Source of the DNA: Antedon mediterranea
Taxonomy: Eukaryota; Animalia; Echinodermata
Direction of reading: 5' to 3'
DNA: 64,000 nucleotides
NCBI RefSeq assembly: GCF_964355755.1
Contig: NC_092672.1
Span: 28,216,437-28,280,436 of the forward strand
The notes under the pieces were generated by a model. That model did no database searches, was not told the DNA's origin, and was given only the letters and a program-made list of their open reading frames with translations. The position numbers and the translations under genes are program-made. Below are positions 23,331 to 36,500 of the stretch, in pieces. The stretch's first letter is position 1, and every line of letters begins with the position of its first letter.

Positions 23331-25974
23331 CAATCTTTAAATATTTTTGTTGTCATTGTTAATAGTAGGATAGGATGGATCGGAAAAAAAAGTAGTTACC
23401 TGAAAAAAAAATGGAACTCGCTCTGGTAAAATTTTAAAGTTTATTTTGGTCAGCCCCTTTATTGAATTGTATAATGTTGTATATAATAATATCACATAAT
23501 GTTAAATGATTACTAAAATATATAATTAATATTTTCATGAGTTGAATGGAATAGTCAAATCGTCCTTCTTGAATCAGACAAGCCATGTCAAAATGCTGTG
23601 CTCAGAGTTTATCCGCGAAGTGATATGAAGCAACTTGAATGCTTCTCTACATGTTGCCGTTCGGCCTATCGAGTAGAACACAATTGTTAAAATATTTACA
23701 AAAAAGCTGGCCGTTGATTAATATCATTACTTAATGGAACGAAATAAACCAATAAAATATCAATCAATATTATGCTTAGATGTATGTGGAGGACTGATTA
23801 TGAATTTAAAACTAATAAAAGAATGAGGAAGCTAGCCTGGTTTATGAGAAAATCAGTGGGCCTAGTTAAGTTACACAGCTTATCCGCCTTTGAAACATAT
23901 TGACTTACATCACAGCCTACTTATCATTTTAATTACCATATTGCCGACGAATAAAACAAGAATATATTCGTGAGCTTCAGAAAAAAGGAGAATTAGGTAA
24001 GATTAAAACGAAAATAATAAATTATAAAGATATTTGTTGTGAAAGTCGTCGAGTGATCTTAGCATACCATTCCCATGTGAAATATGTCGAAAATGCATCA
24101 GGTTTCGGTAGCACAAAACAGGTGAAGTACAAACATTAGCATGCTACATTAAACAGCATACACGTGCGCCTATCGTATCGCACGCGTACATCGGAATTTT
24201 CAAAGTATCACGCAGTTGTTTTCAACCAATTGCATTAGTCACGGTGCAGTCAGCTACACTCGTTATTCGAAGGTTTATATCAAATCTCTCTATTGTATTT
24301 TAGTTGTGAATAGCATTCCAGTGTATTTCATTTCATTCTGTCTAAATTGAAGCCGCATACGACCGGAACAATACCGTTATACGTAATATGTAGACGTTGA
24401 GGTATTGCCAAGTGGCGTGAGAAAATGATTAAAAAACAGCGCATTTCAAAGACCGGACGATGAACAAAAAGTGATTAAAGTCAAGTGAACAACACACTTG
24501 ATTCTAAGCGATTAAAGTTTCTGGCTGGGGACACGAAGTTGCATTTCTTAGTTCAGAATTAGTTTCAATCCGTACAATACTATACAATTATTTATTAGAA
24601 TTAATCAAATCCCATCACTCTAGTTAACTATGGAGAATTATAGCCGCGTTTGTCACGTAAGCGCTCACATCCACGTACATAGACGGATCAAAGATAGCCT
24701 ACCCTTCTATGCCACCTACATTTAGAAAATTGTTATGCAAAAGATAGGATATTAAGTATGTTCAGCACTTCAACTCCTTTTGAAAATACTGGACCCGCCA
24801 CTGAGCACGCATGTTACTATCTGACGTCATTTCCGCATGCGACTTAATATCCCCTAACCAAAAGTTAAAACGCGGAACAAATTCAACCGCCTACTTAAGT
24901 TGCGTTCACACAAACTCAATACAGTAAACAAACAATAAGCTACATTCCAATAATTCTATAGTAATAACTTATTATTATTTCCCATGAAAAGTTGTTTGTT
25001 TTTATTTCGCATTGTCACCGTCTACGCCTAATTCTATTTGCGCGAACGTACATTCTATTAATTCATTGGTTCATCACACAAGTTTGGGTAAATAATACGG
25101 TCACAAATAGAAATGTATATAAAATCACAATGGTCTTTTTATTTGTACTCCAAATAAAGTATTGTTGAATTGTTCACTATTTTAACTTATTGAATGACGT
25201 AACATTCCCCGCTGTTATTTCGATCGAACAATGTCTTGTATATACGGGATAATACCTGCTTACTGAGTAACCTATTTGTTTTTCTTTTCAATGATATTAT
25301 TATAGCTTGTGTTAAATTTCAACAATTTTCAAAAAGCGAATTAGCGAAATAGGTCTCCTATACTGAAAAACTAACACTCAATATAACAAATTTTTCCACA
25401 TTTCATTTATTTCAAAATAAATTTTACACTCAAGTTTTCGTATGTTTCTGTAGGAGATTATTAATGTCGACATTTTCTTTTTTTCTGAAGTCAAATTTAC
25501 GTCGTTGTTTTTGAAAATCAATCGTTTTAATACAAAAGTGATGATAAACGTGTAAATAGTATAAACGAAAACAAGGAAGAGTAAAAGTACCTGAAGTAAA
25601 TGAGTAACGTAGGCCTGTCATGAATTTCTGTAGGCCTCTATGTTTTTTTTTCATTTATACGGAAATAACATTTTCTTGAATATTGAAGTTGTTAAAACAT
25701 GTCTGTAACATAATTTAAAAATTATATTTGTTGAAGTGCCAAGTGTGTTAATTTTAGATGATCATATACTATTTCTGGCAACCACTTCGGTCCGAAGACA
25801 ATTTGTTCTTCTTTTGTCGAAGAATGTGTTTAATTGAAAGGCCATACTATAAGCCTATCTATATTATGTCCAATTCAAATGTTCATTGAGTTAGGAAAAA
25901 GAAAATACGATGACAAAACAAAACAAAATAGGAAAGTTTTCATTCTAGAACTATCGTTAGGAACTGTCTTTAAG

Positions 25975-26402
25975 AAGATATTTGTTTTCTTTACATAAAA
26001 CAAAAGCAACTAGAAAATATTTCTTCTTAGAGAACTATACGGTAACCATTTACACTAGGATGAAACGATCGACGGATAGAGGCATTTTCCTACATAAAAC
26101 AAAAAATAAATCTATAACAGTTAACCATGAACTACCGTACCATATATAACCATATATGCTGCTTTTGAAGAAAATATTATTTTAAAAATCCAACCAAACG
26201 ACGTCATTTGATTGTATTTTAAAAAGATTTTTTTCTTCAAAGCATCATAGATGGCTATCCATAGTTTTTTTGTTTTATGTAGGAAAATGCATATTTACCT
26301 ATTTTTCGTCGATTGTTATCACCCTAGTGTAAATGGTTACCGTATAGGTCTCTATAAACATTTTCTAATTGCTTTTGTTTTATGTAAAGAAAAAAATATA
26401 TG
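25975..26402. mobile_element. Palindromic MITE-like element with ~140-bp arms
   Basis: tctttacataaaacaaaagcaa...tatacggtaaccatttacactagg...ttttcctacataaaacaaaaaa is mirrored at 26263-26402. Confidence 0.75.
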
Positions 26403-29400
26403 TTTATCTCGTCGTTCGTTATCGTTCGTAGTATAAAGGACCCTAAAAGTGCATGTGATATCTATCATATTATTATTAGTCATCATGTGTGAATATGTGC
26501 TTAGATTTTTGTTTTTAAAAAGCATTTCCTCGTCCAACAATCCACTTTCGTTCACAACGTGAATTTCTCGATTCGTTGTCATTGTATCTTGGGTGTTCAT
26601 TAAATCTATGTTATGTTGCAGAAAAGTAATATAAATTATGGAATCGATTTCACAGTTATCAATCCTAGTATGATATAAAAACAACAAAGACAATTGCATG
26701 ACAGATAGAGGAACACATACTGGGTATGGTGTTCTACCGAAGTGGAAACCTGCTGATTACGTAATTGACTTTTCTGAGATCAAAGCTCTCATCGGAGAAG
26801 TTTTTCAAATCATCAAAATAATACAGTGTCCAAGTCTCAGTGGTTACAGAAAGTAACAACCCGCTACGCCACCGCGTTTCTTGGACTTATGGCGTTTAAA
26901 GCACACAGCTTGCCCGTTGATATTCGACTGGTCCATGCGTCTCGTCCCCATGGCCAGGCCTGTAGATTCGATACTAATCACAGGGACGTAATTATAAACT
27001 ATCCCGGGCGTTATGCCTTGATAGATGGCCTACGAATACAATAACATATCAAGGATTTATATGGTTTGCGAAATTAATTGTAGCGGCTGGGTTCGTCATA
27101 TTTGCGATTAGTATGTTGATCCGATAAAATGTATTTTGATGTATATGAGAGCAGGAGGTGAGGATCGGAACGTTATATCACCGTATGGGGCTCTCCAGAA
27201 CACGAATTACACTCAGATTAATTGATCGGATTGGCACGACTTTTATTTTTATGTCTAAACGTTGTGTGAGACACTACGACCTTAGAAACAGACGCTTAGG
27301 CTATATCTTACACCAAGGACAACATAACTATACTATTATTAAACAATCTATTTAATTTATCTGTCATTGTACGTTCGTCGGTTATCCAACACAACTAGTA
27401 CTACTATTTATTGCATGATTTATGGGAGTTACAGTCTATTGGTTACCGGTTACTCATTGCTAATTGCTACTAATATTGTCCTTCATTCTCAGATGTTCAA
27501 TTTATCATCATAATAATAATATATCATAAATATTAAAAACCGCTCAGATATTTTATAATTCAGTTGATTACTACTAGTCTGATGTTCATTCAATTCAGTA
27601 TAACAGTATGCATTGAATTGAATTTCTATGAATGAAAAGCAAAAGTTATATAGCATTACTAAATACTAACTTTCTTTCTTACTAATAGCATGCATTCAAT
27701 AGCAGTTCCATAGTTTGCAGGTTCCTTATAGCATTGAATAGCTAATTACGCAATATGGCATTACTAACAATCTATAGTTGTAAAATAGCATTGGATAGCG
27801 CAGTAGCTTGAAGTTGGAGCATTGAATAGCAGGAATATGACATTAGTTCTAAAAATAACAATGAAGAACTAAGTTTAGCCTGGTGATATATACTAATAAT
27901 TATTGCCTACTCGCCGTGAGTGTCCTAAATTCCGGGCCACACATTAACACATTTTCAAAATGTTTCAATTTATATTTTGGCCTACTGGTTCTTTTTCTGC
28001 ATTTCCTTTCTTCTTCTTTATAATGTGTTGTGAAAGTTTTTCTATAAAGAGCAGGTCTGTTTAAGATTGAAATGTCACTAAATTATAAATGGAGTATGGG
28101 AAATATAACTTGGATACAGTAATTGCTCGTTCTATGCCTACTTTAAATTTGCTGTAATTTTATTGTCTATGCCATATACCATCAGATATCCGATAGGGTA
28201 GAAACAGCTTAACCGCTATCAACTAATTCAAGAGTTATTGCAACTCAAAAGGATTTGTTTGTTACCGACACCACTTTCCGAAACAATTTTACGTAATTAA
28301 CCCTCGTAATCTGGACATTTTGTAGAGAAACAATTTGCCGGATCAAACACCTTTGACCTTAAATATTAATGTTGTAAATGCGACTAGTTGCTCTGTGTGT
28401 CTAGTCTAGTTAATGTTTCTTTTACGTAGCACCACCAAGTGGGCATTTAGATTTTTTTTACTGAGCTTGAAGGTAAACTGAAACACAAGAGTCAGCCATT
28501 CTTTGGCCTTTATAGATACTGTCGGTAGAGATCGACATTCAGAATATAATGATGGAAAATGTGGCACACACGGGGGTGGGGCATTTAAAATTACCAGATA
28601 GAAAGTACAACATCATTATTTACAATATTAGTAACACTATTATTAAACAGCAATTAAAATCATAATGTAGGCGTATCAAACAAACAACGTAAACTAATCT
28701 TTAGTTAGTTTCTCGAGTTAATGTAGATACTGTACAGTGATCAATTCAAATCAATTTAGTTGTCTTTATTTCTTTCTCTCCGCCCCCACCGGGGCCCCCA
28801 CTTACTGAATTTACTGATATGCCGCTCCTACCATCTCTAGATAGCATTGCGTGGGTGGGAGGGGCTTTCCGCCCTTAGTAACCCAAAAATGTTTGCACTT
28901 CTTGCTTGAAGGCGTTGATTGATATTGCACTCTTTTCGGAAGTTACAGTTTTCGATAACTCGTTTACTGAATTTAAATTTTCGAACATTTACCCTCATGT
29001 TTTCTCGTAGTTTGATTAGGTGTCCTCTTGATTTTTTTGTTATCAGATATTTTTAACATATCTGGAAAAGGTAATTTGTACTGTGATCATTGTTTACTTT
29101 AGGCACCGTATACCAAACGGCCCACTAACAATAATAAGTTCGATTATACAAAATAATATAATGCATGTTTATGAATTGTGAGAATATTTCATTCGTTGAA
29201 AGATTGGCTGCTCATCATTCAACGAATACAGAACATTCATTAATTTGTTTATAACACACCTACTGACTGTTTTCAAATAAACTTTTATTCAGTTAATGCA
29301 TCTTGAATCGGGTGAATAATTGTATAAAGGCAGGCAAGCTACTTGTCTGTAGACGCGTCATCCAAAGGCGGTTGGGCGCAGAGTAGACACATTCTAGAGG

Positions 29401-30506
29401 TTAGTTTTCGAACGCGGATCATCTTTCAACAACCTTTTTTACACTGAAGCAGTGAAACCCTATTTTATGATGTGTACCTATACAATTTGATTTGCTGAAT
29501 AAAGTATGTAGGCCTATCGCTGGCTTTGAATTGAACAGTGGCAAAACATTTAAACGCAATTGACACAATCAAAGATAGTTACGGGTAGTAGAATTCGTGG
29601 TATCATTTCAATAGAGGGCGACATTCATAAAATAAGATTGCATTTTTCGGTGTTTGCGTATTTTCATATGTTGAGAGTAGTAGGCTACATACATACAGTA
29701 ATGTTATTAGAATGCCATTGAATTTAGAATCTTGTAAATACACATTTTATATTAAACTTGACTACCTATAAATATATATATACAGGTCACACAATGGAAA
29801 TATAATAACTATATTTTATTGCACATTCCCTATTTCAACTAGAAAAACTAGAGTTGTAAAAATTATATTATTTCTCTCATTTTGGCATAAATGTACCGGT
29901 AAATTGATCACTTTGGCTTTCCAACATACATAGAGGGCGCTTACACATTTTGAGTATTCTTCATAGTGTCGCAATACTCTGCAATTCAACTCCACCCTGT
30001 AACAAATCTTTGGTAGTGGACAAATCTTTAGTATGGACATAAGGTCGAACCCACGACCATAAGGCTGACGGAGTACCGACCTACAACTCCAAATTTCTAA
30101 TGAATTTTTTTGTTCGTCTACTATATAGAATGTTTACTGACTTTCCATATTATAATTATATAAGTTAAATCTTTAAAAGATAATCAAAAACGATTCAGTA
30201 ATACATTTACAGCATTTAGGCACTTACGGCATTAATGGCGTCACTTAATGATTTCACTATTCATCATCGAATTATAATTCTATTTAATTTATTTCAGGTA
30301 CAAACATATTAATAATTTGAATTGTTTAAATGCTCTTCGGCCGGAGGATTCGGATTCTAAATACCCGATTGCACCGCCAAAAATCTGTTGTGATACCTTC
30401 TGCAATGACCAACTCAATTTCCGAACGCTTTCACGCTCTACAAATTCATTGCTCTTTTTGATCAGACCGTCTCTTGGATTCATTTAAATGAAATTCACTA
30501 ATTTGT

Positions 30507-33500
30507 TCAAATACTATCATAATGAGCCCGTCCCTTCTTGTCGACCAATCGCCATTGCAGTAGTACAGCATCAACTCCTCCTGATGAAATGACTACTTGG
30601 TCGTTGAATAGAAATTTGGTTCCTGTCACATGAGAGCTATGGTGTTTAGATTCGTGAGATTCAGCCTAGAAAGAAAAAAATACAGTGCTTTGTGTAAACG
30701 TAAACGTTTGTTAAAAATCAGTTGCGACGAGGTGGCCTAAGATTTTCAGCTGCGGTTAATTTGTCTCTCCACACAATTTTTTGGTGAAGGAGTACAAAAT
30801 TCCTGTCGAGTAATCTCATATACAGTACTGTTGCGAGGTGTGGTACCCTTATCGCATATGTCAAATTCAAATGATTGAGCAAACCCAGAGACCCAAACCC
30901 GGTTGATCTTACATCAACGTCGTCAGGAACAATCATATGAGGGGAGACTAGACACTCTTGATATCCCATCCACAATCGCTATTAGAGATTGTTATACTGT
31001 TCTATTTGTTTGCAATGTTTTACTTTATCATCAAAGATCTATTATTTATAATTTACTCATAGTTAATAATCGTCATGATACTCTCACTTTCAAGCATCTT
31101 CGCTCCAGTAATGATATGTCAAAATTTTGCATCCCGACCAGATTCACTAGAACTTGGAATTCCATACCCAATGAGATTCGCGATATTTTTGTTAATGGTT
31201 CATTTATTAATTTTAAATTATCTCTAAAGCTATATTTTAAATGTCAGAGAGAAACTTTTTAACTTTTGAAATGAAATGATATGTCTATGTTATTTTAGTA
31301 TATAATCTTGTTATTTGTAATTTTTGTGTTGGAGAGACACACCTTACCGGTGACAGCGTTTTGTTTAATGCTTTTGTCTCTCCTCGGCTTCGTGTCTTGT
31401 ATTTCATATATATATATATATATTTCTATGTTTTTTTGTGGTTTTTTTTGTTGTAATTATTATTTTATGTTTATTGCCGAAATGAATAAAATAAAAAAAT
31501 AAAATAAATGTGTCGCACTGCCCGCGTTGCCTTGTTATGAAAGCTCGCTTTTTGGACGCAACTCAGCGACGTAGGCTAAGTTGTCCAATCACAAGCGACA
31601 GTTCGGATGATTCATCGCTTCGGGATTGGTTAAAGTAATTGTTTGCGGCGCGCTTACGCTCTTCTACGTTGCGTCCAAGCAAAACCAAGCTTAGTGGTTC
31701 CGTTTTAAAAACCACCGCGCGAAGTTGCATGACTGAGTTACCTGCCTAAAATTAATAGGCACACAGATACTGTGCTGATGTAATATGTGTACACATCCGT
31801 TAATATAAACGGCGTCCCATAATATACACAACTTTTCATTTAAATTTTATATTTACCTTAAATGATGTACAAGGATATCGGAATAGTGAGAGGAATCCAT
31901 AATTATCGCCTGCTACTAATATCTGATGATTGTTTGAACGTCCGACAGTATTGATGTCCGTTCCTCGATCTCTTGATGGCCATATACCTGAAATATGACG
32001 TCATAAATCTACGTTAAACCAAGGTAGGCCATACTCGTTCATGCGAGCTTGTTGAGGAGCGAGCTTGTTTTTAGGCATATTCTAGGGCTAATTTGGAGTG
32101 GAGTTGTGGCTTGGTGGTTATGATGCTTGGCTACCACTCCAAGGGTCCTGGGTTCAAGTCCCGTCACATGTCAGGATTTTTTCTAAGGACAAAATTACAA
32201 CTCCACTCCCAAAGACTTGTAATAAGACTTTGTTTATGTAGAGCATCTTGTGTATATGTTTGTCTTGTGAACCTCTGAGGGTCCCTAATGATCAGCAATA
32301 GCTGGATGGATCACCCTCATTAAATGTGGTTTAAAAAAAAATCTCTTGAATGGAGACCGCGATCTTCTTAGACCTATTTTGCTGAAAATGTATTAACTGT
32401 AGGCCTACACCAACACCACATTGTGTTATATGTATCATGTTTATTTATCATAAAAACTCACAAACTTACCCATTACGTTATATCCCAGAATGCAGTTGTT
32501 TGTTTCCCATTTAATTCCACGGATCTTTTGTTTGTTTCCCTCTTGTTTCATTTCTTGAAGATCCCCTAAAAGCACATTAATATTAAAACCCCTATTATCG
32601 AAATCATGGATCTACAGTAAACATATAGGTTATGGACGATGTTGTTAAAAACGACTGGACCAAATCCAAAGCCTGGCGGAGAGTCTAACGTTCAAATCAT
32701 TACAGGGGCAATGAAGCGTATAATAAACATTGTCTAATTTACATTATGCTGCTACTTACAGTACAACAAGTCGTAGTTTCCAGAAACACTTCGTAGAAAC
32801 ATGTTGTCAACCGACCAATCAATGTGAGTCAAGAAATTACCATGACCCTAAAAAAAGATTTATATAAACCATGTCTTACTTATGCGATGATTTATTTATT
32901 AAATTCTTATTTTATGTTTCCAGCTTTCTATTTTTGTAATGTAAAGAACAAATATTATGTATCATGCTTACGTCACTTGTAAACGTACGTACCTGCAATG
33001 CAATGACCTTCCGGTAAACCTGTCCGTCGTCCATGACAGCAAATATGTAAATCTTATGATCATGTGACCCCATAACAAGCATCGAGCCGTCTATAGTTTT
33101 GAAAATAGTAAAGAATTCCAATTGTGTTATTATTTTTGTTAATGAAAATCCGATGTACGTATTTTTTTTAGTTTGCAAACCCTAGGCTCCGCAAAATGTC
33201 TTGTTTTGGTATAAAGATAATACCCAGTGGTCGTTTGCTATGCGGTAGTTGTATTGAAACATATTACCTGGTGAAAATCGGATAGCATCTAATTTATCGG
33301 ATCCAATTTGCACAGAAGTTACATGCATCCCGTTAGCAGCGTGTAAAATGACAAATCTTCCAACAGTCGTTCCAACAGCAATAATGGCGCCAGTTGGATC
33401 AAAGCAGCACGATAAACATGGCTTCTCAACATTCACCTTCCAAACCAGCTTATTATTTTCTGCAGACCATAACATTACGAAGCAATCGTATCCAGCCGTT

Positions 33501-36500
33501 ACGAAGAATGAATCCGTTGGATGAGTTTCCAGTGCCCATAACTCTTCACTATGCCCCTGCAGAATGTAGTTAAATTTCGTTCGCAAAGAGCCTATCATGA
33601 TGCTGTTCTTTGTTGTTCCCAAAACCACGACGCCATCTGCACCACCCATGTTGACTGGTGCAATAGCCCGTATTCCCCCTGCGCTTTCTGGAAACTAAAT
33701 ATAGAAAAGAAAGAATTACTTTTTAGTCGCGTGCAACGCGACTCTATAGCTCACTATAGTCGGTCGGTTGGTCGGTCGGTAAAACACTAACTCAAATTGA
33801 GCACATGACTGCAGCCTCGATATGGCCTTGATAAATTATAGTAGTATTACAAGTATTACGTTTCAGCCACTGGAGCCGTGACACACGTAAGATACTTTTT
33901 AAAGAATTCGTCGAAAGGAATTACCACCTACCAGTCTTTCAACTTTGACTGAAGCGTAGTCTCTCATCGAGTCCCATGCTAATAGACGCCTGTCCAAACC
34001 TCCTCCAGACAATAGTGTGCCATCTTCCAACATACACAGCGAATATACACTGCGCTCATGCGCATGTTGGATTTTATGACGTATACAGAAAACTTCTGTT
34101 TCAGAATCTGAAAGGACATAATTCATTGAGCTTAGTATCTTCACAGAAACAAGCAAATGATTGGTAGCATAATCCTACAGTAAAACTAGAGAACGTTCAT
34201 GTCTCTTGATGAAAAGAGAGTAGGCCTAAGAAGACGTGACCATATAGATTGTAAGCAAGTGGATTCGGCTTCGTATGAACACAGTTCCATTTGACATAAT
34301 TTTAATCAGGAGTCCATATTGTTGACAACCTGTCTTGTCGTTCTAATCAACCAGAGGCAACATCTAGTACTGAAGTAATTTCTTCTTTACAGAAAGTAAT
34401 TACCTTTTCCCCAGATTGTAATAGTTCCGGTCGCATCGCCAACGATAACCTCTCCCACTTGTGAAAATGCAAGACACGTTATGTACTTCGGATTGTCTCC
34501 CTTAAAAAGACATTTTAGAGTTATAAGAAGTCACCATTCCATAATATGGTCTACATGTCTATTCCTGAGACGCCTAGCCTAGCCTGGGCTGAAGCCCATC
34601 AGGTTGTAAAGTTAACATTTAAACTTGTTAAAGAAATTTGTATGAGTTTTTTTGGTATGATAATTGTGCCATTGCGTGTGTAACAGAAGATGTTTTAGAA
34701 AGACAAGAATAGTTCTCCATCTTTTAAAATAACGAAGTCTAGTCCACGGTGCTCAGTTTTTTTTTACGAGGAGCAGATTGCACTATCATAGGCCTAGGTT
34801 AGTTTGTCAACACTATTGACAGTCATCTAAAAGTCTGTTCATATCTACGTATTGACAGCTGCAGAATCGGGTGTTTTCACCGAAATCATGTAATGCGAAA
34901 TCAACCATACTTTGAACCACATACCTCAAATATTCCACTTCGTCTGTCTCTCACAATGCGGTTATTATCTAGAGTCCAGAAATATAAATGCTGTTTTCCA
35001 GCACTTACTATCAAAGAGTCGATCTGCGGATGGAAATCGGCAACTACAACCATGTCATTTTGAGATTGCTGAAATACAAATATTAGTAAAAGACGTGTAA
35101 CGTTTGTCATTGTGTACGAAGAAAATATAATCAGTAATTACCAGGACTTTCTTTTATTAATATAGTAATAGTAGAAATATTTAAGAATTTATATTTTGCT
35201 TTTAACCTAATTTTAAGAAGGTGCAAAGTACACTGCAATATAAAAGGATAAAACGCATTGATTGATGGGTTGATCGGACAGGTCAACCAGCCAATCAGAT
35301 CAATCAATCAATTGAATACATTTTATTATTTATCTAGAAGTTTTATAAGAGTGCGCCACGTCAAACGTAAACCTAGGTCTACCTGTATTTCATGCGTTGG
35401 ATCAATTAGTAATTCATACTCCTGAAGGAAAATTGTTTAAACAAAAAACTTAGAATCAGTGAGTCCAGAACTAGAATCGGCAAGTCCAGTACTGGAATCG
35501 GTAAGTCCAATACTGGAATCGGTAAGTGCAGTACTGGAATCGGTAATTCCAGTACTAGAATCAGTAAATCCAGTACTGGAATCGGTAAGTGCAGAACTGG
35601 AATCGGTAAGTCCAGTACTGGAATCGGTAAGTCCAGTACTGTAATCAGTAAGTCCAGTACTGAAATCGGTAAGTTCATTAGTAGAATCGGTAAGTCTAGT
35701 ACTGGAATTAACAAGTCCAGTACTGTAATTGGCAAGTCCTGTGTCGGAATCGGCAAGTCCAGTGCTCGAACCGGCAAGTCCAGTACTGGAATCGGTAAGT
35801 CCAGTACTGGAATCGGCAAGTTCAGTACTGGAATCAGTAAGTCCAGTACTGGAATCGGTATGTCCCGTACTGGAATCGGTAAGTCCAGTACTGGAATCAG
35901 TAAGTCCAGTACTAGAATTGATAAGTCTAGTACTGGAATCGGCAAATCCAGTGCTAGGATCAGTAAATCCAGTGCTAGAATCGGTAAGTCCAGTGCTGGA
36001 ATCGGTAAGTCCAGTACTGGAATCGGTAAGTCCAGTACTGGAATCGGTAAGTCCAGTACTGGAATCGGCAAGTTCAGTACTGGAATCAGTAAGTCCAGTA
36101 CTGGAATCAGTAAGTCCAGTACTGGAATCGGTAAGTCCAGTACTGGAATCGGTAAGTCCAGTACTGGAATTGATAAGTCCAGTACTGGAATCGGCAAATC
36201 CAGTGCTAGGATCAGTAAATCCAGTGCTAGAATCGGTAAGTCCAGTGCTGGAATCGGTAAGTCCAGTGCTATAATCGGTAAATCCAGTGCTGGAATCGGT
36301 AAGTTCAATGCTATTTTGGGTAAATTCAATTGGAATCAGTAAGTATTGTATCTTTTGATTTTTCTATTCGTTCTAATTTGTTACCTCATTCTGCGCCAGC
36401 AGTAAATCCTCGTTCCAGTCCCAAACACTTAGGATGTGATTCTTGCTGTTGTCTACTATCAAAAGCCATTTACCTTCATTCTGAAAACGGATATTTACGC

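Noticed and set aside
26700-27355. GC-richer stretch with short ORFs, possibly a decayed gene
   Set aside because: The frames are interrupted by stops and I recognise no motif. It cannot be supported without a BLASTX search.
32100-32170. tRNA gene
   Set aside because: A and B boxes are present, but there is no convincing acceptor stem and it continues into a SINE body and LINE-like tail.
35406-36342. Long repetitive ORFs (307, 181 and 160 aa) as structural proteins
   Set aside because: They are by-products of a 21-bp (multiple of 3) minisatellite lying wholly inside a phase-consistent EML intron.
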